From: Candidatus Latescibacterota bacterium
Lineage (GTDB): Bacteria > Latescibacterota > CBDEFO01
Reading direction: 5' to 3'
Length of the DNA: 64,000 bases
NCBI GenBank assembly: GCA_965237525.1
Contig: CBDEFO010000007.1
Span: forward strand, 448,001-512,000
Below are positions 39,197 to 48,610 of this stretch, piece after piece (position 1 is the first letter of the stretch; every line of letters begins with the position of its first letter). A program made the position numbers and the translations under genes. A model generated the notes under the pieces. The model was not told where the DNA came from. It ran no database searches and saw only the letters and a program-made list of their open reading frames with translations.

Positions 39197-40735
39197 ATGA
39201 CAGTAAGGGAAGATATGACTTTAGTCAAGATGTCTCTGAACAGTGATCAAAGTGCGTTCGGAGAACTGATTGACCGGTACAAGAATCTGGTCTACGGCCT
39301 GCTCTTGAGCCGTATCAGAGACTTCGACCAGGTGGAATATTTGGCGCAGGACACCTTTATCGAGGCGTATGTCAATCTTGGGAAGATAAGGAAACCTGCC
39401 AGTTTCTCAAACTGGCTGTGTGGGATAGCCACGAACCTCTGCAACAGGTGGCTGGAGAGGCAAAGGAGGGAATCGGAGGTTGTAGGACAGTTGACCCCGT
39501 TCGGAGAAGAGGCAGAAGGAGTTCTAACGATCCAGAATGCGACCGTTCCTAGGACCCCTGAGGAGGAGTACGAATTGCAGGAGATGAAGGAAGCAATCTG
39601 GAAAGCTATCGGGGAACTTCCTGAGAAGAGCAGGGAAGCGATCCTGTTGTTCTACTTCAACGATATGTCCCATAGGGAGATCTCCGAATTCCTGGGAGCT
39701 GCACCGAGCACGGTCTTAAGTAATTTGCAGAACGGCAGAGAGAAGCTTGAGAGCAAGATGATTCCGTTTGTTGAGGGGACGGTAAAGGAGAAGGCATTAG
39801 GGAGGAAGTTTAAAGAGAAGGTTATGTCAGCTCTGCCTCTGATCTCATTTCCGGATCAGAAGCCTGTCGCTCCGCTTTTGAAATGGGGTTTGAGCTTGAA
39901 GGGTATTCTCACCGGGATCGGTGCACTTGCTCTGATTGGCGGGGTGACAGGCTGGCTGACGTCCAGTCAGGAGGAATCCCAACCGTCCGAGGAGGAGTTC
40001 TCTACGCCCAGAATGATGCAGACGAGGTTAGCCAGTCCTCAGGAGAAGGCTCTATTGGCCTCGAATCTCGACGAAGATATGTCTTTCTCCGAGCCCGGAG
40101 TGGCCACTTATCCCCTTAAGTGGCACAATGAACCGCTTTTGAAGACCGAGATTAGTGCCATGTTTAACAGCTTGGGAGTGGATGTCAAGCGCTATGCCTA
40201 CGAAATACCCGACTTTCACTACATCTGCCTTTTATACGAGAGCTACGTAGATGGGCAGAAGCAGGAGAGTTCGGATCCCGATTCTAAGGCTATGAAACAA
40301 GCGGTCACAGTATTGGGTACGAGAGGTGGCAAGAACATCTTGACCCTCATTCTCCGCAAAACAGACGACATGCTCCATATATGGCACGCGTCGAAGGACG
40401 GCTGGGCAGGTCTGGGTCGATTCAACGTCGAGGGCTATTACCAAAATGGAGAGGTAAGATATGGGGAATCACTGGCTGTGGGCAAAAAGTCGCTTGTTCA
40501 TGCCTGGGTTGCTGATAGCGCCAGCAGTATCGAAGGCTACTCAGAAAGAGGCCCACTTTCACCCGCGCGGCCGGTGGAAGAGATCGCCTCCGAATGGGGT
40601 CTTGTGATAGCGATATACGCCGAACTTGGATGCAAAAGTGCCGATAGGGCTACACGCAGGATGAACATAAACAAAGAGCAGATAAACACCAAAACAAAAA
40701 CCCTGAATGAAAGAGAGCATGAGTATCAGATTTAA
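39197..40735 (+). CDS. ECF sigma factor fused to a TM helix and an extracytoplasmic domain
   Basis: Region 2 (AFGELIDRY..LAQDTFIEAY..FSNWL), region 4 (LPEKSREAILLFYF..EISEFLG), hydrophobic ILTGIGALALIGGVTGWL. Confidence 0.85.
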   Translation: MTVREDMTLVKMSLNSDQSAFGELIDRYKNLVYGLLLSRIRDFDQVEYLAQDTFIEAYVNLGKIRKPASFSNWLCGIATNLCNRWLERQRRESEVVGQLTPFGEEAEGVLTIQNATVPRTPEEEYELQEMKEAIWKAIGELPEKSREAILLFYFNDMSHREISEFLGAAPSTVLSNLQNGREKLESKMIPFVEGTVKEKALGRKFKEKVMSALPLISFPDQKPVAPLLKWGLSLKGILTGIGALALIGGVTGWLTSSQEESQPSEEEFSTPRMMQTRLASPQEKALLASNLDEDMSFSEPGVATYPLKWHNEPLLKTEISAMFNSLGVDVKRYAYEIPDFHYICLLYESYVDGQKQESSDPDSKAMKQAVTVLGTRGGKNILTLILRKTDDMLHIWHASKDGWAGLGRFNVEGYYQNGEVRYGESLAVGKKSLVHAWVADSASSIEGYSERGPLSPARPVEEIASEWGLVIAIYAELGCKSADRATRRMNINKEQINTKTKTLNEREHEYQI

Positions 40736-40780
40736 CTGTTCTTATTTCACATTAGGTGCGTTTTATGAAGGAGGATCGAA

Positions 40781-41479
40781 ATGTTTAAAACTATCTGTGT
40801 CGCACTGACGGCTATCTGTCTGTTCTCTCTCGTCTTTGTCTCTGCTCAGACTGAAGAGGATACTTATCCCCTTAAGTGGTACAATGAACCGCTTTTGGAG
40901 AACGAGATTAGAGCCATGTTCTACAGCTTGGGAGTGGACGTCAAGCGCTATGCCTACGAAATACCAGACTTTCACTACTACTGCTTATCATACGAGCGCT
41001 ACGTAGAAGGGCAGAAGCAGGAGAGATTAGATCCCGCTGGTAAATCCGTAGAACGATCGCGTGGCGTAAGCGGTACGTCAGGGGGTAAGAACATCCTGTC
41101 GTTTATCTTCCGCAGAACAGACGACATGCTCCATATATCACACGCGTCGAAGGGCGGCTGGTCAGGTCTGGCTCGATTCAACGTCGAGGGCTATTACCAC
41201 AATGGAGACGTAAGATATGGGGAACCACTGGCTGTGGGAAAAAAGTCGCTTGTGCATGTCTGGGTTGCTGATAGCGCCAGCAGTAGCGAGGGCTACTCAG
41301 AAAGAGGCCCACTTTCACCCGAACGGACGGTGGAGGAGATCGCTTCCGAATGGGGTCTTGTGGTAGCGATATACGCCGAACTTGGATGCAAAGAAGCGGA
41401 GCAGGCGAAGCGTAGAATTGATAAACACATGGAGCAGAGGAAGCGCGAGATGAAGGCAAAAACGAAGACCTCTGAATGA
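40781..41479 (+). CDS. Secreted protein identical in type to the C-terminal domain of the ECF sigma factor
   Basis: Signal peptide plus TYPLKWYNEPLL...EWGLVVAIYAELGCK, matching sigma residues from 40106 onward. Confidence 0.8.
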   Translation: MFKTICVALTAICLFSLVFVSAQTEEDTYPLKWYNEPLLENEIRAMFYSLGVDVKRYAYEIPDFHYYCLSYERYVEGQKQERLDPAGKSVERSRGVSGTSGGKNILSFIFRRTDDMLHISHASKGGWSGLARFNVEGYYHNGDVRYGEPLAVGKKSLVHVWVADSASSSEGYSERGPLSPERTVEEIASEWGLVVAIYAELGCKEAEQAKRRIDKHMEQRKREMKAKTKTSE

Positions 41480-41548
41480 AGGGAGCCTGAGCATCAGGTT
41501 CAATTGCGCTAAGTTTACATTAGGTGCGTTTTACCAAGGAGGATCGAA

Positions 41549-42403
41549 ATGTTTAGAACTATCTGTGTCGCACTGACGGCCATTTGTCTGTGCTCTGTCG
41601 TCTTTGTCTCTGCTCAGACTGAAGAGGATACTTACCCCCCCCCCAAAACCCGTCCAATCATCCAGATTGTGAATAGAGGCATTGATCTAGACGGGGATAA
41701 TCGAAACGATCACGTGCTGTTCGCATGCTACTCAGCGCCATATGGGTATGGATTCCTTGATTATGATAGATTTGTTCTGGAAGTGAACCGTCAGATGATG
41801 GTCAGTCGAGGTGATAATCTCGAAGGTATGTTTTCGATTGTAGACATTGATACGACCGATAGTTATATGGAAATCGCTGTTCCGGAGGCTGGGCAAAGTA
41901 GCGACTTCGCAACCTACTTCTACTACTATACGGGCGACTTGATCACCTTCATGGGGAGACTTCCAGGGACGTGCAAACAATACGACGTGAATGAAAAAAA
42001 GCCACATGGTATAGGGTATTTCCTTTTGGACGTCGACGGATCTGGCGAGGTGCGCACGCGGCGACGAGGTAGGATATTACATACTTGGTTTTATCCAGCT
42101 CGTTACAAGCTGGATGAGAAGCATCGGTTGGAGTTTGTGGAGGAAGAGTTTTATATCATGGATTCTCCGGTTACGTTACTGAGCGAGCTTGCTCTTCAGG
42201 CATCTCCAACTGACTCAAGGACAGTTGTCGTGTTGCAGGTGGGAGATAAGGCCACAATCGTTGGGAGTGACGATCGGAAGTGGTGCTTGGTGGAAACAGA
42301 AGACGGTCACAAGGGTTGGTTTGCTGTTGAATCCAACTGGACGATTGCCGGCACAGGAAAAGAGGCAGATGAGATATTTGAGGGTCTATGTCATGCAGAT
42401 TAG
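41549..42403 (+). CDS. Secreted protein with a probable C-terminal SH3b domain
   Basis: Same signal peptide as 40781; LQVGDKATIVGSDDRKWCLVETEDGHKGWF. Confidence 0.7.
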   Translation: MFRTICVALTAICLCSVVFVSAQTEEDTYPPPKTRPIIQIVNRGIDLDGDNRNDHVLFACYSAPYGYGFLDYDRFVLEVNRQMMVSRGDNLEGMFSIVDIDTTDSYMEIAVPEAGQSSDFATYFYYYTGDLITFMGRLPGTCKQYDVNEKKPHGIGYFLLDVDGSGEVRTRRRGRILHTWFYPARYKLDEKHRLEFVEEEFYIMDSPVTLLSELALQASPTDSRTVVVLQVGDKATIVGSDDRKWCLVETEDGHKGWFAVESNWTIAGTGKEADEIFEGLCHAD

Positions 42404-42614
42404 CTGGATGCTTACTGTTGCCTAGCACTGCATGCAACGAATCCGAGGGGCTAGCCGCTTTTGAACGTTTTGGAGTAAACCAAAAATAGGACTTGCCCCT
42501 ATGTCGGGAATGGCGCCTGATACTATCGCCACACTCTTTCTGTCTCCAATGCTTGAATCTGCCTGTTAATAGCAACATCGCTGAAGAGATCGCTCCTCCA
42601 GTCACCTGCAGGCG

Positions 42615-43382
42615 CTACTTTTCTTCAGATTCAATACCTGAAGGCCTGTAAGATGTGTCAGGTTGTGAGACCATCCGCAGTCGGTCTACTTGTGACAGGT
42701 GCTGCCACATCTGCCCCAGAAACTCTTGCAGACTCCCTTCCACCGACGCACCGGTCGTGTCCAGCGTAAAGCTGCGGCTGATCAAAGAATTGTCGTATTC
42801 CTCCTGAAAGCGGTCTAACACCATCTGCACGTCCCGTTCTTTGAGAATGCACCTTGGACGGGGGTACTGGAGCATGCGCTGTCGAATGACGTCGGCCGAG
42901 GCTTTAACCATGACCAGCACGGTGTCGGGTGCCAGCCTCAGCAGCTCGCCGTCCCAGGCCCGTGCTCTCCGCCTGCGGTCAGCAAAGGTGCCCGGCTCAC
43001 CGTAGCCGTAGTAAAGCGGCGCGTAGACGGCATCAGCGTAATAACCGTTGATCGTCAAGGTATCGTCACAGTCGCGGTACATGTCGGGGTGCAGATGGCG
43101 CCAGATCATGTGGCGCTGGAACTGCTCCAGCAGCAAGGGTCTCAAGGCCAGGATCTGCTGTTCCTCTTCCACGGTGTTAAGGTCTCCAGCCTCTTTCCCC
43201 GGCACTACAAAGCACTCATTCTCCCGCGCCTGTACCACCAGATGTTGGTCCAGGTGTGGCACGACAAAGTGATTGTGCCAGCGCACGAACAGAAGTCCCA
43301 TCGCTTCTATCATCCACCTGGAGATCTCCACGGCCAGAGTCGTCTTGCCAGCATATTCGCAGCCGATGAGGATCAAGCGCAT
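42615..43382 (-). CDS. P-loop nucleoside/nucleotide kinase-like protein
   Basis: N-terminal LILIGCEYAGKTT Walker A; VLVMVKASADVIRQR lid region; AGGAAGG RBS. Confidence 0.7.
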   Translation of the reverse strand: MRLILIGCEYAGKTTLAVEISRWMIEAMGLLFVRWHNHFVVPHLDQHLVVQARENECFVVPGKEAGDLNTVEEEQQILALRPLLLEQFQRHMIWRHLHPDMYRDCDDTLTINGYYADAVYAPLYYGYGEPGTFADRRRRARAWDGELLRLAPDTVLVMVKASADVIRQRMLQYPRPRCILKERDVQMVLDRFQEEYDNSLISRSFTLDTTGASVEGSLQEFLGQMWQHLSQVDRLRMVSQPDTSYRPSGIESEEK

Positions 43383-44049
43383 CGGTAACCTTCCTTTGTT
43401 ATGACCTGTGGTGGAGTGTGTGTATATCCTGAAATTACCGTTCTTTCGTTCACTCTCACTCCTTTGGCTTCAGGACGCAGAACGGATATTAATGTTGACC
43501 TCGGTACTGCTGTTTGATTCAGAAACTTGGTTCTTGCACACAGTGTTATTGTGTATTACTCTGTTAAGAAAAGCCTTTCATCTGAACAGTACCGCCGTCC
43601 GCGTAAACCTGAAATCCATCGCCCGCACTCATCGGTAGTTTGTCTGCAACCCTAAAAGTTCCTTCCTTTCCCCATCTAAACTGCTGCGACTTATAATAGT
43701 GTACGTTGATGAAGACGACCGTGCTCTTTCCGCAGGCGTCAAGATCGTAGGTAGTGTGACCTTGCTCGTCGTATTCGTTGCCCTCCCAAACACCCTGCAC
43801 ATAGCAATTCATTATTATCGGTCAATACGCCCATGCGCTGCGTGCGGGATCGAAGTCTTAACATCTAAGCCAGATATTCAAGCATTGAGTTTCCCGCAAC
43901 ACGCGTAGGCGGTTGGGTTCTTTTACCTTTGACGCCCCCTCGCGCCGCATGAGGGTTCTTTACTTTCATAAGGCGACTCTCTTACTCTTCATGTACCAGA
44001 CGATAATCTGCTGTGTTTATTGTACTTAAGTCAACAGCTACACTTTTCC

Positions 44050-44078
44050 TTGACAAAGTAGGAATTATTGTTTATCTT
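44050..44078 (+). promoter_or_regulatory. Sigma70-type promoter
   Basis: TTGACA-17 nt-TATCTT. Confidence 0.45.
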
Positions 44079-44227
44079 GGTTGGTAATTAAGAAGTGCAA
44101 GTATCCCGAAGAGGTGTTTATACTATCCTTATCTCCATTATGGTAAAGGTGCTTCGGATGTTAGTTGTAAGCATAGGCTTGACTCCTGTTCTTTGTTCCT
44201 TGTCTTTCATTAGATGGTGACCGTCCA

Positions 44228-44620
44228 ATGGCCGAATCAGCATATCTTCAGAACACACTTTCCAAGACGCAGCTCGTGGAAAGGATGTTTGATGAGCTAA
44301 GACAACAGCCGGACACAGACCAAAAGGGATTTGCCCTCCAGGTTCAGGAAAGCGTCGAGGCAAAGCGCGTAACGGTGGTTCCAATTCTACAGCCTCAGGA
44401 AGCTCAGACATACATAATCAGGGCTTACGCCGACCACAACAGGGCTTATACCGACTACATATACAGAGAAAAGGACGAAGATGATGACTTCCTCTTGGCA
44501 GAAGAACATAATCACACAGATGAGTTCCAAGACTCAGAAGACAAAGAACAGAATAACAGTGCTTTGAGCTCCCAGGACGCCGAATCTGATAAGGGACAAC
44601 GTATAGACATCACCGGATAG
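44228..44620 (+). CDS. Hypothetical acidic protein
   Basis: 130-aa ORF downstream of the predicted promoter; ends KGQRIDITG. Confidence 0.45.
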   Translation: MAESAYLQNTLSKTQLVERMFDELRQQPDTDQKGFALQVQESVEAKRVTVVPILQPQEAQTYIIRAYADHNRAYTDYIYREKDEDDDFLLAEEHNHTDEFQDSEDKEQNNSALSSQDAESDKGQRIDITG

Positions 44621-45141
44621 AGAAAGAGGCGTAAACATGTATGAATGGATCGTTTCTCATCTTTCTAAAGCCTCGACTTCTGATGTCTATGCCGTTGTAT
44701 TTGCTCCTCTCTAACAGACCTGAACCCAACTGATTCCGCATAGAAGATCCTCGTACAGTAGTGTAATACGATCTGATTGTGAAATCTTCTGCCACAGACC
44801 CCACAATGCTGCGCAGTTTCTTGCCAAGTATCTCCAAGGGATAAGCCGCTGGATTAGGTGGCTGTTGATCTTAGAAATGTAAAAGGCTAATTCTTAGTGT
44901 AATGCCTGTTTTTTGCCGGTGTATCTTGCTCGTGTGTAAGTTGTAATCGAGAGAAAAGGTACAAAGGGCAGGTGTGAATCAATCAAAACGTAAGATATAG
45001 AAGAAAAAAGTGCATGTCAATAGAAATCGTGTAAGATAGTGTCAGTTCAGTCCTTGCGATTGGTTGCCCCGTCCAAAGCTATATTATGCGCACACTTAAG
45101 ATCTCTTAAGTAGCTTGACAAACGATTCAGTAGAGAGGCAA

Positions 45142-45415
45142 CAGTAGACAGGGAATCCCTGCTTCCGCCAAAACCGTGGTTGAGTGCGAAAGGGGTTCGG
45201 AGAACCTCTTGGGACAAAGCGAAGCAATTTCCTTCGGGGTTTTATCACTGACCGACCGGAAAGGGATTGTTATTCGGCGTTCGGTCATTCGCAATCAAGA
45301 AGAACACACCTAATCTCTGTAAATCGCAGTAGACCAAACGATTTTGCAAAAGCAGGATCATTAAGATGCAAAATAGTAGGAGGTAAGCCACCGGGGTGAG
45401 GTGCCCGGTCTACTG
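45142..45415. mobile_element. MITE-like non-coding element
   Basis: Imperfect TIRs CAGTAGACAGGGAATCCC / CAGTAGACCGGGCACCTC; a solo copy of the right end lies at 50729-50751. Confidence 0.5.
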
Positions 45416-45572
45416 ATTCAAGTTATCCCCTAGTTAGCATCCTCAAGGATATCCCGATAATCGCGAGTTGGTAGAATAGGGCAAAACAGGGCGCCATCAA
45501 AATCACGCTTTGTCGTATTTATCTCTTGTCAACGGGCTCTCTACAAAGTCCGCGCTCCACGAGGCGAACCAG

Positions 45573-46352
45573 ATGAAAACAATTGATTTTTCGCGATCTT
45601 TTTTGACCTTTCGCGTCGACACACTCAAGAAGCCCCCTACCACCGCGAGTCACAAGCCTCCAATTACCCTGAATAATTCTCGTATTCCGATCGATTGCCG
45701 CTGTGAGATTACAGATAAACGCACCGGTGAATCTGAGGAGTTTGTTCTGGGTGTTAGCTGCAAAACTGAACGGGTCGGAGTGGAAAAGGATATCTGGACC
45801 GTACCAAATGCAGATTTTGTTCCGATTTTTTCCCGGGAACGATTTATGATCTTGAAGACCTTTGACCAGGCCGATAAGCAGGTGATGCTTCATCCACCTT
45901 CGTTAGGTCCCCAGCCCCTAAGGCAGGTTGGCAGCGTGGCCGAAGCCTACGACAGCGTGCGCATAGATCTGACTTCTGTCAGCAGTGAGGTGCTGGAGAC
46001 TCCTGACCAGATCGTAGAGGCTGTCCTTGAAAATCAGATACTGGTCGCGCAGACTGAGATCGAGGAGGAACACTATATAGCCGTTCTGGACTACCCGGTC
46101 AAAACTATCAACGCCAGTGAGCGGGACAAAATCTATCAGACCGATACCGGTCCGGTGCTTCTGCCCGATTTTTCCAAGGAGTTAGAGGATATGATCAGCG
46201 GTCTGGAACTGGCCTTTTCCGCTTTTAATAACCCTGGCTGGATCGAGTTTATCGTGTGTGTTCCGACACCCGTTGCCGAGAACATAAGCGTGTACCACTA
46301 TTCCCATCCAGTGCGTTTTGATGCAAAGAACAGGATCGTACGCCTGTTATAG
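45573..46352 (+). CDS. Hypothetical protein
   Basis: GAGG RBS; 259-aa ORF with natural composition and a possible internal repeat. Confidence 0.7.
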   Translation: MKTIDFSRSFLTFRVDTLKKPPTTASHKPPITLNNSRIPIDCRCEITDKRTGESEEFVLGVSCKTERVGVEKDIWTVPNADFVPIFSRERFMILKTFDQADKQVMLHPPSLGPQPLRQVGSVAEAYDSVRIDLTSVSSEVLETPDQIVEAVLENQILVAQTEIEEEHYIAVLDYPVKTINASERDKIYQTDTGPVLLPDFSKELEDMISGLELAFSAFNNPGWIEFIVCVPTPVAENISVYHYSHPVRFDAKNRIVRLL

Positions 46353-46384
46353 TACAGAACGACCATCCTGTTAGGAGGTAAGCG

Positions 46385-48376
46385 ATGCCCGCTGCACGCA
46401 GTCGTGCTCTATCTGACCGCCGCCCGACCTTCGACTTCGGCGGTGAGATCGTCTGGAAACCGACCCCTGAATACATCGAACGCAGTCACCTGAAGCGGTT
46501 CATGGACAAGCACGGTATGGAGTCCTTCTCCCAATTGATGGAACGTTCGACAGGTGACGTGGCCTGGTTTACCGATGAGGTGATCAAGTACCTGGACATC
46601 CAGTTTCAAGAGCCCTACTCAGAGGTTATGGACCTGTCGGGCGGAATTCAACACCCTCAATGGTGTGTGGGCGGCAAGCTGAACATCGTCTACAACTGCG
46701 TGGACAAATGGGCGGAAGACCCTGCGACCCGTGAGCTTGGGGCGGTGATCTGGGAGGGAGAAGAAGGGGATAGCAGCACGCTGACCTATGGAGAACTGGG
46801 GAGGCAGGTCAACCGCTGCGCGAACGCCCTCCGTGAACTAGGTTTCGTTAAAGGCGACGCCATTGGACTGCACATGCCGATGACGCCGGAAATCGTTATC
46901 GCTTTTTTTGCGATTGGCAAGATCGGGGGCATCGTTCTGCCTCTGTTCTCCGGCTTCGGGGCCGGAGCGATCGCCGCTCGCCTGAACGATGCCAGTGCCA
47001 AAGGGCTGTTCACCGCTGACGGCTTCTTCCGGCGCGGGAAGGTCGTTCCGCTCAAACTGACCGCTGACCAGGCGGCAGCACAGGTTGGGACCGTGAAGCA
47101 CATCATCGTGCTCAAGCGGGCAGGGAACGATGTTCCGATGCAAAGCGGGCGTGACCATTGGTGGCACGATCTGATACCTGCCCAATCGGATCAGGCTGGA
47201 CTCGAAGCCACCGACGCTGAAGACGTACTGATGGTACTCTACACCTCCGGGACAACCGGCCGTCCCAAAGGAGCGGTGCACACACACTGCAGCTTCCCTA
47301 TCAAGGCAGCACAGGATATGGCCTTTGGCACCGATGTACACCCGGGTGACGTGATCTACTGGATGACGGACATGGGATGGATGATGGGGCCCTGGCTGGT
47401 GTTCGGTGCCACCCTATTGGGAGCGACATGCCTTCTGTACGACGGCGCACCGGACTACCCCGGTCCCGATCGGCTGTGGGCACTGGTCGAGCGACATCGC
47501 ATCACCGTTCTGGGCCTTTCGCCGACGCTGGTGCGCGTCCTTTTAGCCCACGGAGAAGAGCCGGTCAAAGCACACGACCTGTCGTCCATTCACCTTTTTG
47601 CTTCCACCGGCGAGCCGTGGAACCCTGATCCCTGGTTATGGCTCTTCAACGTCGTGGGGAAAGGACGTCGCCCAATCATTAACTACTCGGGAGGAACGGA
47701 GATCTCCGGGGGGATCGTGATGGGCAATCCACTTACGCCGCTGAAGCCTACGGCCTTCTCCGGGCCGTGTCCCGGCATTGCGGCTGACGTGCTGGATGGA
47801 GCGGGGAACTCGGTACGTAACCAGGTTGGCGAGCTGGTGATTCGCGCCCCCTGGATCGGGATGACGCGCGGGTTCTGGCGCGATGAAGAGCGTTACTTGG
47901 AAGCATACTGGTCGCGCTGGGAGGACATCTGGGTGCACGGCGACTGGGCAGCGGTGGACGAAGATGGGCTCTGGTACATCCTGGGCCGCTCGGATGACAC
48001 GATCAACGTCGGGGGGGTGAGACTTGGCCCTGCGGAGGTTGAGTCCGTGCTGGTCAGCCATCCTGCGGTCAATGAAGCGGCTGTCATCGGGGCCCCAGAT
48101 CCGATCAAGGGTAACGCGGTGATCTGTTTTTGCGTGTTGGCGCCTAACTTTGAGCCAAGTGAGGACCTGCGGGGGGAACTGCAAGCCAAAGTCGCCGCAG
48201 AAATGGGCAAACCGCTACGACCAAAGGAGATCAAATTCGTCTCGGATTTGCCCAAGACGCGCAATCAGAAGGTGATGCGCCGCGTTATCCGCAGCGCCTA
48301 TCTGGGTGAGGAGCCGGGCGATATCTCCAGCCTGATGAACCCAGAGACCCTCGAGGAAGTACGGCGGGCTGTGTAG
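46385..48376 (+). CDS. Acetate--CoA ligase-like AMP-binding acyl-CoA synthetase
   Basis: [22 protein letters not shown] and [12 protein letters not shown] motifs. Confidence 0.92.
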   Translation: MPAARSRALSDRRPTFDFGGEIVWKPTPEYIERSHLKRFMDKHGMESFSQLMERSTGDVAWFTDEVIKYLDIQFQEPYSEVMDLSGGIQHPQWCVGGKLNIVYNCVDKWAEDPATRELGAVIWEGEEGDSSTLTYGELGRQVNRCANALRELGFVKGDAIGLHMPMTPEIVIAFFAIGKIGGIVLPLFSGFGAGAIAARLNDASAKGLFTADGFFRRGKVVPLKLTADQAAAQVGTVKHIIVLKRAGNDVPMQSGRDHWWHDLIPAQSDQAGLEATDAEDVLMVLYTSGTTGRPKGAVHTHCSFPIKAAQDMAFGTDVHPGDVIYWMTDMGWMMGPWLVFGATLLGATCLLYDGAPDYPGPDRLWALVERHRITVLGLSPTLVRVLLAHGEEPVKAHDLSSIHLFASTGEPWNPDPWLWLFNVVGKGRRPIINYSGGTEISGGIVMGNPLTPLKPTAFSGPCPGIAADVLDGAGNSVRNQVGELVIRAPWIGMTRGFWRDEERYLEAYWSRWEDIWVHGDWAAVDEDGLWYILGRSDDTINVGGVRLGPAEVESVLVSHPAVNEAAVIGAPDPIKGNAVICFCVLAPNFEPSEDLRGELQAKVAAEMGKPLRPKEIKFVSDLPKTRNQKVMRRVIRSAYLGEEPGDISSLMNPETLEEVRRAV

Positions 48377-48583
48377 GTCGAGCACTGATCGTACACTACA
48401 TACGGTTGAGGCGCCGTGGCACTGCGTGCATTGTTGGGGAGTGGAGACAGCAGAGGAGGATTATGAATATTAGGGAAGGTTTGCATGTAACTTTTTGAAA
48501 TTGAAAAACGAAAATAAGAATGAAAAGTTTATAGTAACCCTCCCTACTCTCCCTGTCATCCCATCGCCTAAACTGTCATTCGC

Positions 48584-48610
48584 GACCCCCGATTAAATCT
48601 ATCGGGGGTC
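48584..48610. repeat. Short palindromic repeat supplying the stop codon of the minus-strand gene
   Basis: GACCCCCGATTAAATCTATCGGGGGTC. Confidence 0.8.

Noticed and set aside
43408..43990. Short ORFs on both strands
   Set aside because: No consistent frame or motif; cannot support a call
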